A stretch of 51,970 nt of DNA from assembly GCF_004010195.1 (NCBI RefSeq), contig NC_057719.1:7048230-7100199 (forward strand), written 5' to 3'. This document shows, in pieces, positions 1-11,830 of this stretch (positions are counted from its first letter, which is position 1; the number at the start of each line of letters is the position of its first letter). The DNA comes from Chiloscyllium plagiosum. Lineage: Eukaryota. The position numbers and the translations under genes are program-made. The notes beneath the pieces were generated by a model that was given only the letters and a program-made list of their open reading frames with translations, was not told where the DNA came from and made no database searches.

Positions 1-103
1 CAATGATGTGAAGGGTATTTGGAGGAATATACATAAGTGGAAACATAAAGTTTGGTTTGCCTTCCTTTAAGGGAGTCAGAATATAGATGTAAAGACAACA
101 AAA

Positions 104-796
104 GATGGGGTACTGGGCTAATGGTCGGATACTTGGTAGTGTGGATGAGCAGAGGGATCTTGGTGTCCATGTATACAGATCTTTGAAAGTTGCCACCCAG
201 GTAAATAGTGTGGTGAGGAAGGCATATGGCGTACTGGCTTTTATTGGTAGAGGAATTGAGTTCCGGAGCCCTGGTCATGTTGCAGTTGTATAAGACTCTG
301 GTGCGGCCGCATTTTGTGCAGTTTTGGTCGCCATACTTTAGGAAGGATGTGGAGGCACTGGAATGGGTGCAGAGGAGGTTTACCAGGATGTTGCCTGGTA
401 TGGTAGGAAGTTCGTATGAGGAAAGGCTGAGGCACTTGGGGCTGTTTTCATTGGAGAAAAGAAGGTCTAGGGGTGACTTGATAGAGGTGTACAAGATGAT
501 TAGGGGTTTAGATAGGGTTGACCATGAGAACCTTTTTCCACGTATGGAGTCAGCTACTACGAGGGGGCATAGCTTTAAATTAAGGGGTGGTAGGTATAGG
601 ACAGATGTTAGGGGTAGATTCTGTACTCAGCGAGTCGTGAGTTCATGGAATGCCCTGCCAGTAGCAGTGGTGGACTTTCCCTCTTTATGGGCATTTAAAC
701 GGGCATTGGATAGGCATATGTAGGTTAGGTGGGCTTGGATCGGCGCAACATCGAGGGCCAAAGGGCCTGTACTGCGCTGTATTTTTCTATGTTCTA
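104..796 (+). mobile_element. CR1 LINE, 5'-truncated 3' end (ORF2 C-terminus and 3' UTR)
   Basis: Frameshifted QRDLGVHV...LYKTLVRPH..VQFWSPY.RKDVEALE.VQRRFTRMLPG...TRGHSFKL...FCTQRVVSSWNALP. Ends in a TTCTATGTTCTA tail. Confidence 0.93.
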
Positions 797-1650
797 ACTC
801 TTGATTCCCCTGCTAAAAAGAATCTTGCTATCTCAGCCTCAAAATATACATTAGGTTTCCACCCCTCAGCTCTCTGGCTAGGAGTCCCAAAAACACTCAA
901 CTCACAAAAGAAATTGCTTCTCAGTCTTAAATTGGCACCCTTTAATTCTGAGATTATGCCTGCTGGTCCTTATCTCTCCCATGAGGGGAGGCATCCTCTC
1001 AGCATTTACACAGTCAAACCTCTTCAGAATGCTATGTTTCAATGGGATTACCTCTCATTCATCGAAGTTCCAATAAGTATAGTTCCAATCGGTTTAACCT
1101 TTTGATCACAAAAGTATTCCCAGTGAATGATCTCTGAATTGCCTCCAATGAAACAAAATCTTCCCTGAAATCAGGGTACCAAAACTGCTGACCATACTCC
1201 AACTGTGATCTCATCAGTACCTTGCAGTTGCAGTAAAATTTCCTTCCTCTTATATCCAACAACTTTGAAATAAGGGCCAATGTTCTGTTCGCCTTTCTGA
1301 TTACCTGCTGCACCTGTGTGCTAGCTTTCTGATTTTCGTGCACAAGTGCTCCCAAATCGTTTTTGTATTGTAGTTCTCTGAAGTTTTTCTCTATTTACAT
1401 GACAGTCTGTTCTTTAGTTATCGGGTTCAAAATGAACAGCATAAATTTTCCTACATCGTACTTTATTTGCCGGCTTTTTGCCCGCTTCACTTCTCAATAT
1501 CTCTCTAAGCTGTTTTATCCCACTCACAACCTGTTTTTCCACTTATTTTGTGTCATCTGCAAATATGGCTATGATATATTTGCTTCCTTCCTCCAAGTCA
1601 AAATAATATATATTATTAACAGTTATCCCAGCACTGATCCCGGTGAATGA
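797..1650 (-). mobile_element. Older, degraded CR1 LINE fragment
   Basis: Minus-strand ORF remnant QVQQVIRKAN..LA.ISK...QLEYGQQFW.P..R.D..SLEAIQR.FT. Confidence 0.8.
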
Positions 1651-1714
1651 CCTGAAGAGCAGAGTTGAATTTTCTTTCTTTCTTCTCTTGAAGGTGCTAA
1701 ACATTTTCTTTCTT

Positions 1715-1935
1715 TCGTGAAATATGGCTGTCACTGGCTAAGGCAGCATTTATTGCTCATTCTTAATCACTCTCTTGAACTGAGTGGCTTGCTTGAACAT
1801 TTCAAAGGATAGTTAACAGTCAACACATGGATGTGGATCTGGAGTCACATAGATCAGGCAGGGATGGCACATTTCTTTTCCTGAGGCATAATAGTGAACC
1901 AAATGGGTTTTTATAGCAGTCAGGTGTGGTAACAT
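1715..1935 (-). mobile_element. tRNA-derived SINE, 3' part (5' part displaced to about 4146-4260)
   Basis: Reverse complement of the repeat at 24600-24905 and 37770-38002 (gcatttattgc, ggagtcacat, tagtgaacca motifs). Confidence 0.65.
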
Positions 1936-2529
1936 GCTGGAAATCAAGTTCTGCTATTCCTGGAGTTCTCTCAAAAATTCAAGATTTTAAAATGTACTTT
2001 GAGCTTCCCAATTTACCTGTCTTTTAGGTCCAGGTTGACAGAAGGCACATGCCAACTTCTTAACTTAATAAAAATGACCTTTTATTGCAAGTAACTTGAC
2101 TTTAACTACAGATAAACAATTATAAACTGTCAGCATGTAACTTCTTGAATCCCCTTATAAACTTCTCCTTTACTTACACTCATGTCGCGTGCTTGTGCAG
2201 ACAGGGAAAATCATGGGTGTTATGTCAGAGGGAATGTCACTGTTCTGTGCTTCCTGTTCAGAGGGTTGCTGAGATGATTCTTATGATTTTTGTGCTGAAT
2301 ATTGCTCTGCAGTCTTCCTTCTCCAGATTTTTCATTCTTTTGCTGGAGGCACAGGAAACTGCTGAAACAAAGAATAGTTTTCTGTATCTTAATGTAACAT
2401 TTACTGCAGAGAAAATTTTCCTAAGCTGGTGTACGTTTGTAGGCTTCTCTCTATCTTATGCACAGCCACAAGCTGCTCAGTGAAGTGAATACCAGTCACG
2501 TTGGTAGGCAAAATGCCGCCTTCATCGAT

Positions 2530-2744
2530 AATGTGGAGGCACTGATGTTGGACTGGGGTGGACAAGGTCAGAAGTCACATAACACCAGGTTATAGTCGAA
2601 CAGGTTTATTTGAAATCATAAGTTTTGAGAGCACTGCTCCTTCAACAGATGAAGTCACTTCATCTAACAAAGGAGTAGCACTCTCAAAGCTTGAGATTTC
2701 AAATAAACCTGTTTGACTATAACCTTGTGTCGTGAAACTTCTGA
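2530..2744. mobile_element. Palindromic non-autonomous element, probably Penelope pseudo-LTR-derived
   Basis: Imperfect 88-bp inverted arms (2568-2655 and 2657-2744) around base 2656. A related single arm lies at about 40350-40430. Hammerhead-like core relics are present in the arms. Confidence 0.7.
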
Positions 2745-2756
2745 TTCTGCCATTGA

Positions 2757-3900
2757 TACTTCAGTAAGGCATTTGATAAGGTTCCCCATGGTAGATTGAT
2801 GAAGAAGGTGAAGTTGCATGGGGTCCAGGTAGCCAGATGGATAGAGAACTGGCTGGACAGCAGGCGACAAGAGTAGTGGAAGGGAATTTCTCAAAATGGA
2901 GAACTGTAATCAGTGGTCTTCTACATGGATCCGTGTTGGGACCATTGTTGTTTGTGATATACATGAATGATCTGGACAGAAGTATAGGTGGTCTGATTAG
3001 CAAGTTTGCAGATGACGCTAAGATTAGTGGAATAGCAGATAGTGAAGAGGACCTTCAGAGAATAGAGCAGAATACAGATAGATTGGAGAGTTGACTGGAG
3101 AAATGGCAAATGGAGTTCAATCCAGGCAAATGCGAGGTGATGCATTTTGCAAGATCCAATTCAAGATCAAACTATACGGTAAATGGAAGAGCCTGGGAAA
3201 AATTCATGTACAGAGAGATCCAGATGTTCAGGTCCATTGTACCCTGAAAGTGGCAACACCGGTCAGTAGAGTGGTCAGGAAGGCATACGGCCTACTTTCC
3301 TTCATCGGACAGGGTATTGAGTAGAAGAGTTGGCAGGTCATGTTAGTTATATAGAACTTTGGTTCGGCCACATTTGGAATACTGCATATAGTTCTGGTCA
3401 CCACGTTATTAAAAGGACGTGGATGCTTTGGAGATGGTGCAGAGGAGGCTCACCAGGATGTCGCCTGGTAAGAAGGGTGCCAGATGTGAAGAGAGGTTGA
3501 GTTGATTAGGATTATTTTCATAAGAAAGGCAGAGGTTGAGGGGGGACCTGATTGAGATCTACAAAGTCATGAGGGGTATAGACAGGGTAGATAGCAAGAA
3601 GCATTTTCCCAGAAGTGGGGAACTCAATTATGAGGGGTCACCAGTTCAAGGTGAGAGGGGAAAAGTTTAAGGGAGATATGCGTAGAAAGGTTTTTACACA
3701 GGGGTCGTGGGTGCCTGGAATGTGTTGCCAGCAGAGGTGGTAGAGCTGTGCACAATAGTGCCATTTAAGATGTATCTGGACAGATATATGAATGGGCAGG
3801 GAGCAGAGAGATACAGATCCTTAGAAAATAGGTGACAGGTTTAGATAGAGGATCTGGATTGTGCCAGGCTGTTCCTGTGCTGTAATTTTCTTTGTTCTTT
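2757..3900 (+). mobile_element. CR1 LINE, RT domain to 3' tail
   Basis: GSVLGPLLFVIYMNDLD...ISKFADDAKISG and QRDPDVQVH motifs. Tail tttctttgttctttg. The flanking TTGATA repeat may be a TSD. Confidence 0.93.
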
Positions 3901-4145
3901 GATAGCTGGTTACTTGTCCATAGACCAATCAGCTAGGTGTTGCTAGCCAAAACTTTATTTGTACATCGCTCCTGGGATCCAAGTACACTTCAATTACTGC
4001 AGCAATGATGTTTGCCTTGAGTCAGGTTATTTGCTTCTAAAACATATAGCAATTCTTCAAAATCCTTGATTTTAAAACAGTTCTTTTCACATTTCCCTTC
4101 ATAATGAAAAGTGCAGAAAAATAAAAAATGCAGCCTTTGTGGACA

Positions 4146-4260
4146 TCAGCTTTGAATTCAAATTTTAATAACCAGCTGGTAGGAGATTAACCTGTGTTAC
4201 CAGAGGATTTCCTGTACCTCTGGATTGCTGGTGCAGTGACGTTACCACTATGCTGTCATT
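4146..4260 (-). mobile_element. tRNA-derived SINE, 5' part
   Basis: cctctggattgctggtgcagtgacgttaccactatg resembles 24483-24520 and is the reverse complement of the SINE head near 24615-24650. Confidence 0.6.
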
Positions 4261-6001
4261 TTCTCTAAACATTCATTACATATTCTGTTTGTGCCAGTGA
4301 CTCAGTTCATTTACAAAGCTTAATAGTGAATGTAAGTTATTAAGGCAAAACATTAACAACTACACAGCAAAGCGTTATATCATTTGCGTATGTGCAACTT
4401 CCAGCAAGGGTGATTGAGTCCTAATTTAAGAAGAAAATATTGTCTGGTTTTTCTCCTATCAAGCCAATCACAATGCTGCTCCTACTGAAATTGATTAATG
4501 CAGTTCAAGCCAATGAACTGATCTTCTGATCTTCCTCACATTTGAAAGTCTTGATGCTTTGGCAGCTTTGCAAACTGATCTCCTGATAGTGCAACTGTGT
4601 GATTAAAGATACAGCTGTTGTCCTCCAAGATACTTGGTTTGTTTAGCTCTTTGAGCAAGATAAAGCATTCTGAGGAATAAATTTTAAGGCAAGAGGAACG
4701 TAGTTTGTTATAATTTCATAACTTTTTTTTATACATGAAGAAATTGGGCAGCCATGCCCAGCAATCTGGTACAGGGCTCTGAATTACAGAGAAACAGGTT
4801 TAAATCACAGCCTTGGCTGTCATTTGAACTTGCCTGCCTGGCTTCTGCATTGTCAGACTTATACTAGTGCTACCCTTAGAGGGTAGGAAGCATCACCTTG
4901 CCTTGTAGAAAAAACACCTTTTGCCAAATGATAGTTCTAGCTCTTGCCAATTTGCATGGGTTTGATCTTGTGGCTGTTTGTATCTGAGATTTAGTAAAGA
5001 TCAGCTGCAAGGTCACTTTACAACAGAAGTATTCATCGGCTCTTGAATCTAGATTCATTTTGTTTTTCTAATTGTGTATGAGGAGGACATATTGCTCCGA
5101 GCTTTGATTAGTTATAGAATCTCAACGTTTCAGCACAGAAACAAACAAATAACAATGCTGTGTTGGTTGTTCAGCTATGTTGGGGCCCTATGCACAAGTA
5201 TATTAAGTGCATGGGTTGCATCTTTAAGTTCAGCAGCAATAAGATCATTGGTCCCCTCTCTGTAATTGGAGCCTTTATGTCTGTCAGAAATACTTACACG
5301 AAACACTTTTTTTTGTGCTCCTAATTTACGTAGCTCTTATCATTGTTTTGTGAAAATCAGTGGGTTCTTAAAAGAATGAAAATCATGTTTCATGCAATTT
5401 AATCGCTGCAAAAGGCTATTGTTAGACTGGTTTTGCAGTATGTCATTTTATTACCTTTGCTCCGATTTCTTCTGTTGCTGACAGTAAAGTTCTCTTGCAA
5501 GTTACAAACTCAAACATACAACACGTTTTTTCATGAAAGCAAAGTTGAAGTTTGGATCTAATATTCCCCTGACCCCCCCCCCCCCCCCCAAAAAAAAACC
5601 CACAAAACACTAAGAAACTTTAGAGCTATTTGGAAAGTGTGGCAACAAACTGTATAGTAAAAATGTTCACTCGTTAATGATGCCAGCTATGCTGCCTTTC
5701 AAAAGGTAAACCAGGAATGAGATTGCTGAGACATGCACAAGAAGGCTGTTTTCAGTGGAAATGTGAAAATAATTATTCCAACTTCATTTTATGTATTATT
5801 TTGTATTTGCAAGAGCAGAGGATGTCTGTGTTGCTGTTTTTCTGTCTGCTTCAAATGCAATGAAAAGCCTGACATTCACTGCTTTTCACAAGTAAATAAA
5901 TATTGGCTGTTGAAGCAAATTGACTGGAATAGATATACCAATGTAAGTTTCTTCATCTATAAAGTACAACTACGTTGATTTGATTTCACTAGTCTGCACA
6001 A

Positions 6002-6408
6002 ATAGAGTCATAGAGATGTATAGCACAGAAACAGACCCTTCTGTCCAACTCGTCCATGCTGACCAGATATCCCAACCCAATCTAGTCCCACCTGTCAGCA
6101 CCTGACCCATATCCCTCCAAACCCTTCCTATTTATATACCCATCCAGATGCCTTTCAAATTTGTAATTGTACCAGCCTCCACCACTTCCTGTGGCAACTT
6201 ATTACATACAAGTACTACCCTCTGTGGAAAATGTTGCCCCTTAGGTGTCTCTCATATCTTTCCCCCTCACCCTAAACCTATGCCCTCTAGTTCTGGACTC
6301 CCCCATCCCAGGGAAAAGACTGTGTCTATTTACCCTATACAGCACTTCACCTTTATCTAAATTAAACTCCATCTGCTACTCCTCAGCCCATTGGCCCATC
6401 TGATCAAA
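6002..6408 (-). mobile_element. CR1 3' fragment, internally deleted
   Basis: Reverse complement of 25760-26090 (tagagtcatagagatgta... tail), fused to an upstream RT piece (QMGQWAEE.QMEFNLDK). Confidence 0.9.
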
Positions 6409-6571
6409 CCTGGAGTTAGTTGACATTAAATGCTCCCAGTTTCACAAAACATATTTATCTTTGTTATATGGCACTTGCCAAGATTTAACTTGAAGGAGAG
6501 AGAGGTTTCTCTTAGGTGTATTAAATTATGAAGGTTGCAGGATGTGACCAATATTTTCTTTCTTTCAACAG

Positions 6572-6708
6572 AGTATTGGGAAAGGCTCCTTATGGTGTAT
6601 AGACCCAGAGTACAGACAAAACCTCATTCAGGCTTTGAAAAAGACACCCTACCATCCTTATTCTCATGTTTTTAACACGCCTCCCACTTCCCCACGAGGA
6701 TATCAAAG
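6572..6708 (+). CDS. FOXN3: Internal coding exon of forkhead box N3 (end of the forkhead domain plus downstream region)
   Basis: Acceptor ttttctttctttcaacAG|, donor AAG|gtaagc, 137 nt (phase 0 in, phase 2 out). Translates [45 protein letters not shown]. This matches vertebrate FOXN3 as I recall it ([45 protein letters not shown]) and not FOXN2 ([24 protein letters not shown]). Confidence 0.96.
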
Positions 6709-7042
6709 GTAAGCATCTGTGTGCTGTTGCATTTATTCAGACGTCATTTATCTGCATTAATGACGATGAATTGGGCATGCATTGCTTGAGGAGTGGAACA
6801 GGAGGGCTGGAGACCGAAAATGTTTGTTTAAGCCTACGTCATTGTGTAAGTAAGAAATCAGAGGTTAAAGCTTCCCTGTAGTGATTTTGAGTTTCGGTCA
6901 GCAGCTATGTGGAGCTCTGAGGGGAATTGTACTGTCTTGTTGCAGAGTTAAATCACATTCCAGCACATGCCTAGACCATCAATTGTCAAAAGAGAGATTG
7001 GGAGGAACAGCTGAGCTGAGAAGGAAACTGCCATGCATCTGC

Positions 7043-7199
7043 TTCGCTAGGTGATTAGCATGATGGTAGCCATGGAAGCCGGAACGTTGCCATGGCAGCA
7101 CATAGCTGAGACAGGTGCAGTTGCATCACGAGTTCTATTTTGTTGCCTGGCAAATGGACAGGCTGTTAGCATGTGGAATTACACAGTTGCCTTGACAAC
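7043..7199. promoter_or_regulatory. Cluster of RFX X-box motifs; candidate intronic enhancer or alternative promoter
   Basis: GTAGCCATGGAAGC (7066-7079), GTTGCCATGGCAGC (7086-7099), GTTGCCTGGCAAA (7142-7154) and GTTGCCTTGACAAC (7186-7199), plus a weaker TTCGCTAGGTGAT (7043-7055). Compared with the X-box palindrome GTTGCCATGGCAAC. Lies in non-repeat sequence. Confidence 0.7.
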
Positions 7200-8754
7200 A
7201 CTTTCTCCAAAGTGGCTCCAGTTGGCTTCCAGCCAATTTTTTTTGTTGCAAGTGTGTGTGTTTTATACCTGCTTTTTTACCCCCCCGTCTTAAATATCCA
7301 CAGGAGCGTACTTCATCTGAGATGACAACTCGAGGTCAGCTAGCTCTAGGAGATTAAAACAAAATGGGACTCAGTGAAGCGACAGAGTAATCTCGGGGAG
7401 GAAAAAAAAGCTTGTAAAGCCAGAGTGCCTGTGATGTATGTGTAGTCAAACCCTAACCATCGAATACAAAAGGTCCTTGTGGTATATTGCATTTGACATT
7501 GCAGGTTTTTATGCTTCTCTGAAGCAGTGGAAGCATTAACCTTAACAATTTTTTTCTGCAAGCAAATGTGCCTTTTGCCCCTTTCTCAAAATCTTAAGCC
7601 TTTGGAATTTTGGGAGCTTAAATGCAGTCGAAATAATTTTTTTAGCATTAACCTGTCTTCCATAATTAATGAGCCAAAGTGGGGAGGAGAGAGATATGCC
7701 ATAAAGGACTCTGATCACTTCTTTTGGGTGTCAATTTGCAGCAAATTGGCCTATAAGCACACATTTGAGTATCCTATCTTTTGCATGTATTTGATTGAAA
7801 AAGTGTGAACAGTGAATCTGTGCCTCTGTAGCCTGCTTAAGAGTGATATTACTAAAGCAGCTGGCAACCCTTTTTAACTGTTCTGGCTAGTTTTATTTAT
7901 TTCCATCCTGATTTTAGTCTCTCAAAATGGTGCAGACCACTTGAAGTCAGCTGAAGTTTGATATCTTTAATGACTTGTTTGCAGTATTGTAGACAGGAAC
8001 AAGTAAACATTAGATGTTTAGGGAAATTTTTTCCAAGACTTATTCTGGGAAAGAAGACATGTTTGGAAGCAATGTCAGCCCCTATATTTAACTATTGTAC
8101 TGCTGTAAATTGGTTCAGCCCTATAGAACCACTGTTCTCTGGTCACTGTATGCATTTGCATCAATGCTCATTACTTAAGATGGTTTATTTCGGTGATAGA
8201 ACTCTAAATTGAGCAGCGACTGCTCAGCATTCATAGTTGTTGCGATTATAGAAGCGCACAGCACAGAGACCATTCAATCCATCATGCTTTTGCTGGCTCC
8301 TTTGAAGGTTTTCTGTAACCAGACGACGTTGTTTTCATGCTGCACATGTTCCTTTTATTCCATGGACTCGCACTTTGTGGTCAAGCCACCATCACACTTT
8401 ACTAAACACCTTTCGGAAGTCTGAGTACACATTCTAAACTTGTGGTGTCGTGGTCACTATCTCTGAGTCAGATGCCAAGTTCAAGTCCCACCATGCTTCA
8501 GAGGTGTATAATAACATATCTGGACAATTTAATTAGAAAATATCTACATTAATTTCATGACCCTACTGAGCTTCTTTGATTCCATGTATATCAGCATATT
8601 GATTCGAAGATCACCTTAGCTTTCGGGTGCCTGCACCCCAGTAATGGGGAAGGAAGATTAGAATCCTTCACACAATAAGTAACGTCCTAACATTTTAACT
8701 CTTGAGACCATCTAAAGAGTTTTAACTCTCTGCAGTCAAGTGAGGTTGAAGTGC

Positions 8755-9130
8755 TTAAGATTATATTCACTGGAGATTCAGAAGAATAAAGGAGGATTTA
8801 ATAGAAATCTATAAAATTCCAACCATACAAGATTAGGTAGATATTGGAAGGATGTTCCCCATGCCAGGGGAGCCCAGAACCAGAGATCAGTCTAATGAAA
8901 CTGGATAGACTATTTAAGACTGAGATGAAGAGAAATTTCTTCTCTGCCACAGAAAGGCCAAAACATTTATATTTTCAAGAAGTTGGATATACTTTTAGGA
9001 CTAAAGGTACCAAAAGGTATGGGAGTAGACAGGAACAGATTACTGAGTTAGATGATCAGCCATGATTATACTGAGTGGCAGAGCTGGTTCAAAGAGCCAA
9101 ATGACCTTCTCCTCTTCATTTCTATGTTTC
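8755..9130 (+). mobile_element. Degraded CR1 3' end
   Basis: FKTEMKRNFFS motif; ttctatgtttctta tail. Confidence 0.75.
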
Positions 9131-10059
9131 TTAAACTTCTTTGACTAAGTTTTGACTTCCCAATTATTTTGCAACTTGATGTGTTAATTTGTTATATGAT
9201 TTTTGTTTACATTCTCTTTCCTTAAGAAGAAACAATATAATAAGCTTCCCCCTTTATAAGAATGTCAGTTTAGTATCCATATTGTGACATCCTTAAATAC
9301 TGAGCAGGGAAATGAAGTGTCCCCAGCAGCGAGAACTTGTGGTCATGACTGCATTTGGGGTCATCTATCATCTTGCACTTATTGAACACATGACTACATT
9401 GTTCACTTAGATTGGTTGAGTGCTGCCAACTGTCTTCAAAGGACAGCAAAGCCCCTTGTGGTTGGTAAGTGACGAGGTGCTGACTTTTAAAGTTAAAACT
9501 TTTAAATTTTAGTTTTACAATTACCTGGCTTGCATGAACATTATTGTTGTTTCCAGAATGGCGGGTGTAATTTTTCCATTGGCTTTTTAAGTCTTTGAAT
9601 AGGCTAAATGTGTTGTAGGAATAGAAGTTGGTTTAATTAGGCCCAAAATGAAAAGGTTAAGTTTATATGTAACCAACACGAGGCTTTACTTAACTGTTAC
9701 TTTCGAATTGGGGCTTTCACATGTACATATTACAGATAATTGTTACACCTTCCTGAACTTTCTGTAGTCAAACATTCTACTGCATTGCATTTATTGAATA
9801 ATGAAAATTCTGAAGGGATTTGATGACAAATGTCTAATTTCGTAAAGAGTACAAGTTAATTCAATCTCAACTTCTACCTGCAGCAACTCAGGCAAAGATT
9901 TTCTATTTCTGCTTTTGCCATGCCATGATATTCTCCCATTGCTTTATTGGTAAAAGATGGATTGGCAATTGTTGAAGATAAAATCAACTTCCAGAGTTGG
10001 ATCTCCCTGCTGATTGCATGGCCACTTTGGTACTTCTGGATTATCTCCACAGTAATGAG

Positions 10060-10625
10060 GATGAGGTCTACCACAAAACCCCACCAACATACTTATAACA
10101 ACAGCTAATGAACTTGAAGGACCTTATACAGACAATGAGCAAAACTAGTGTCATTTACAAAATACCTTGCAAGAACAGTGGACAAACACTATATTGGACA
10201 AACAGGCAGAAACCTAGCCACCAGAATACATGAACATCAACTAGCCACAAAAAGACATGACCCACTCTCACTAGTATCTTTACATACAGATGAGAAAGAA
10301 CATCACTTCAACTGGGACAACACACCCATCCTAGGACAAGCCAAACACAGAGACATGAGATTTCCTTGAAGCATGGCATTCCAACCGGAACTCTATCAAC
10401 AAGCACATTGACTGGGATCCCATTTACTACCCTCTGAGCAAAGAAAAACAGGAAATGATGTCACCACAGGAAATACCATCACCAACCCAAGGAAACCTAA
10501 ACACAAATAAAAAGCAGGCCATACCAGCAGTGTTTCACTGGAGGCTCACTGATAATGTTACCTACTACGGTGACAAACATCTGAAAACAAACCTTCCAGC
10601 TCAGTGAGCAAACTTACATCCACAA
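10060..10625 (+). mobile_element. Penelope-like element 3' part (GIY-YIG endonuclease remnant plus terminal region)
   Basis: Across frameshifts: VIYKIPC...HYIGQTGRNLATRIHEH...HHFNWDNT.ILGQ...FLEAWHS..NSINKHI. Followed by a decayed hammerhead core at 10549-10581. Confidence 0.88.
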
Positions 10626-11029
10626 TGTACTTTCTCCAAGATCAAGGAATCATGGAGATAATCCTCCATTCTTGAGAATGGTGCAGACAGTACTCTGGCC
10701 TTTAAAACTTTTAATTTTTCACTATTAACGTGTTTGTCAAAGCTTGTTCTGGTTCTGATTTTTTTTTTTCTGTGGTCCTTGTTTGGGACGAGATGAGGAT
10801 TTGTTGTTCTTGATCTCTGTCAGAATCTTTGCAGGACTAGTCCATTCACAGATGATTTCTTTACCAATTGTTTTAAGTGTCTCAAAAGACATGAAAATTC
10901 AATATTAATTAACATCTTTGTGTGATAGTCAGTCAGATTATTGTAAAATTGTGCTGCCATTAATGACTGAACTGTAGCTTTGCATATCAATGTGAAGTTG
11001 GCTATGATCTTTCAAAACTTAAACGTCGA

Positions 11030-11830
11030 AAATACAAGCGGAAGTAGAGTATTTTGACCTGTTCCTCTATTCACCTTGATTATAGATGATCTTCTACATC
11101 ATTGCCATACTGCTTTGGTCTCGCCATACCTCTTGAGACATTTAGTTTCTCAATCTATTTATTTCTAAATATATTCAAGTGATTTTGCCATAACAGCCGC
11201 CTTTTGTAGAGCATTCCACAGATTCACTCCCCTCAGCGTGACGAAATCCCTCCTTATGGCAAGCCAAAGTATCCTAGGGTTAATTGGGTGGCTATTTATG
11301 TGGAGTTTGCACATTCTCCCCGTGTCAGCATGGGTTTCTTTCGAGTGCTCCGGTTTCCTCCCACAGTCCAAAGATGTGCAGTTAGGGTGGATTGACCATG
11401 TTAAATTGCCCATAGTGTTAGGTGCATTAGTCAGTGGGAAATGAGTCTGGGTGGGTTACTCTACAGAAGGTCAGTGTGGACTGGTGAGGCCAAGTGGCCT
11501 GTTTCCACACTGTAGGTAATCTAATCTAATCCTGAAGCCATAACCCCTTGTTCTGGATTCCTAGCAAAAAGAAACCACAACCACGGCATGCCCAGCCCTG
11601 CCAGACTTTCAACATTTCCATGAGATTCACTCCTCATCTTCTAAACTCCATTGAATCGACCAAACGTCGTCCTAGAACAAACCTACCCTCCCAGGGATCA
11701 ATCTGGCAAACTTTCACTGCACTCGCATAATGAAAACTGTATATTTTCTTAGATGAGGTCAAAACTACATACTGTACTGCAGATGTGGTCTCGCCAAAGC
11801 CCTCGTTAAATGTTTTTGCTCCTGTACTTG
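11030..11830 (-). mobile_element. Degraded CR1 3' fragment interrupted by an HE1 SINE
   Basis: Minus-strand RRDFVTLRGVNLWNAL motif; CR1 sequence resumes after 11530. Confidence 0.7.
11290..11530 (+). mobile_element. HE1-type V-SINE, 5'-truncated
   Basis: V-core tgtggagtttgcacattctccccgtgtc...ggtttcctcccacagtccaaagatgtgcag; (TAATC)n tail. Confidence 0.9.

Larger units (their letters stand above)
1936..4145. mobile_element. Unclassified, possibly LTR-like insertion splitting the SINE; itself hosts a palindromic element and a CR1
   Basis: The SINE sequence stops at about 1935 and resumes at about 4146. The insert begins TG and ends CA, with a minus-strand AATAAA near 2081. No clean TSD. Confidence 0.4.

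Noticed and set aside
5573..5598. Poly-C followed by poly-A (potential G-quadruplex on the minus strand)
   Set aside because: Simple homopolymer with no supporting context.
6666..6881. 71-aa ORF overlapping the exon
   Set aside because: Wrong frame, and it runs through the splice donor into the intron.
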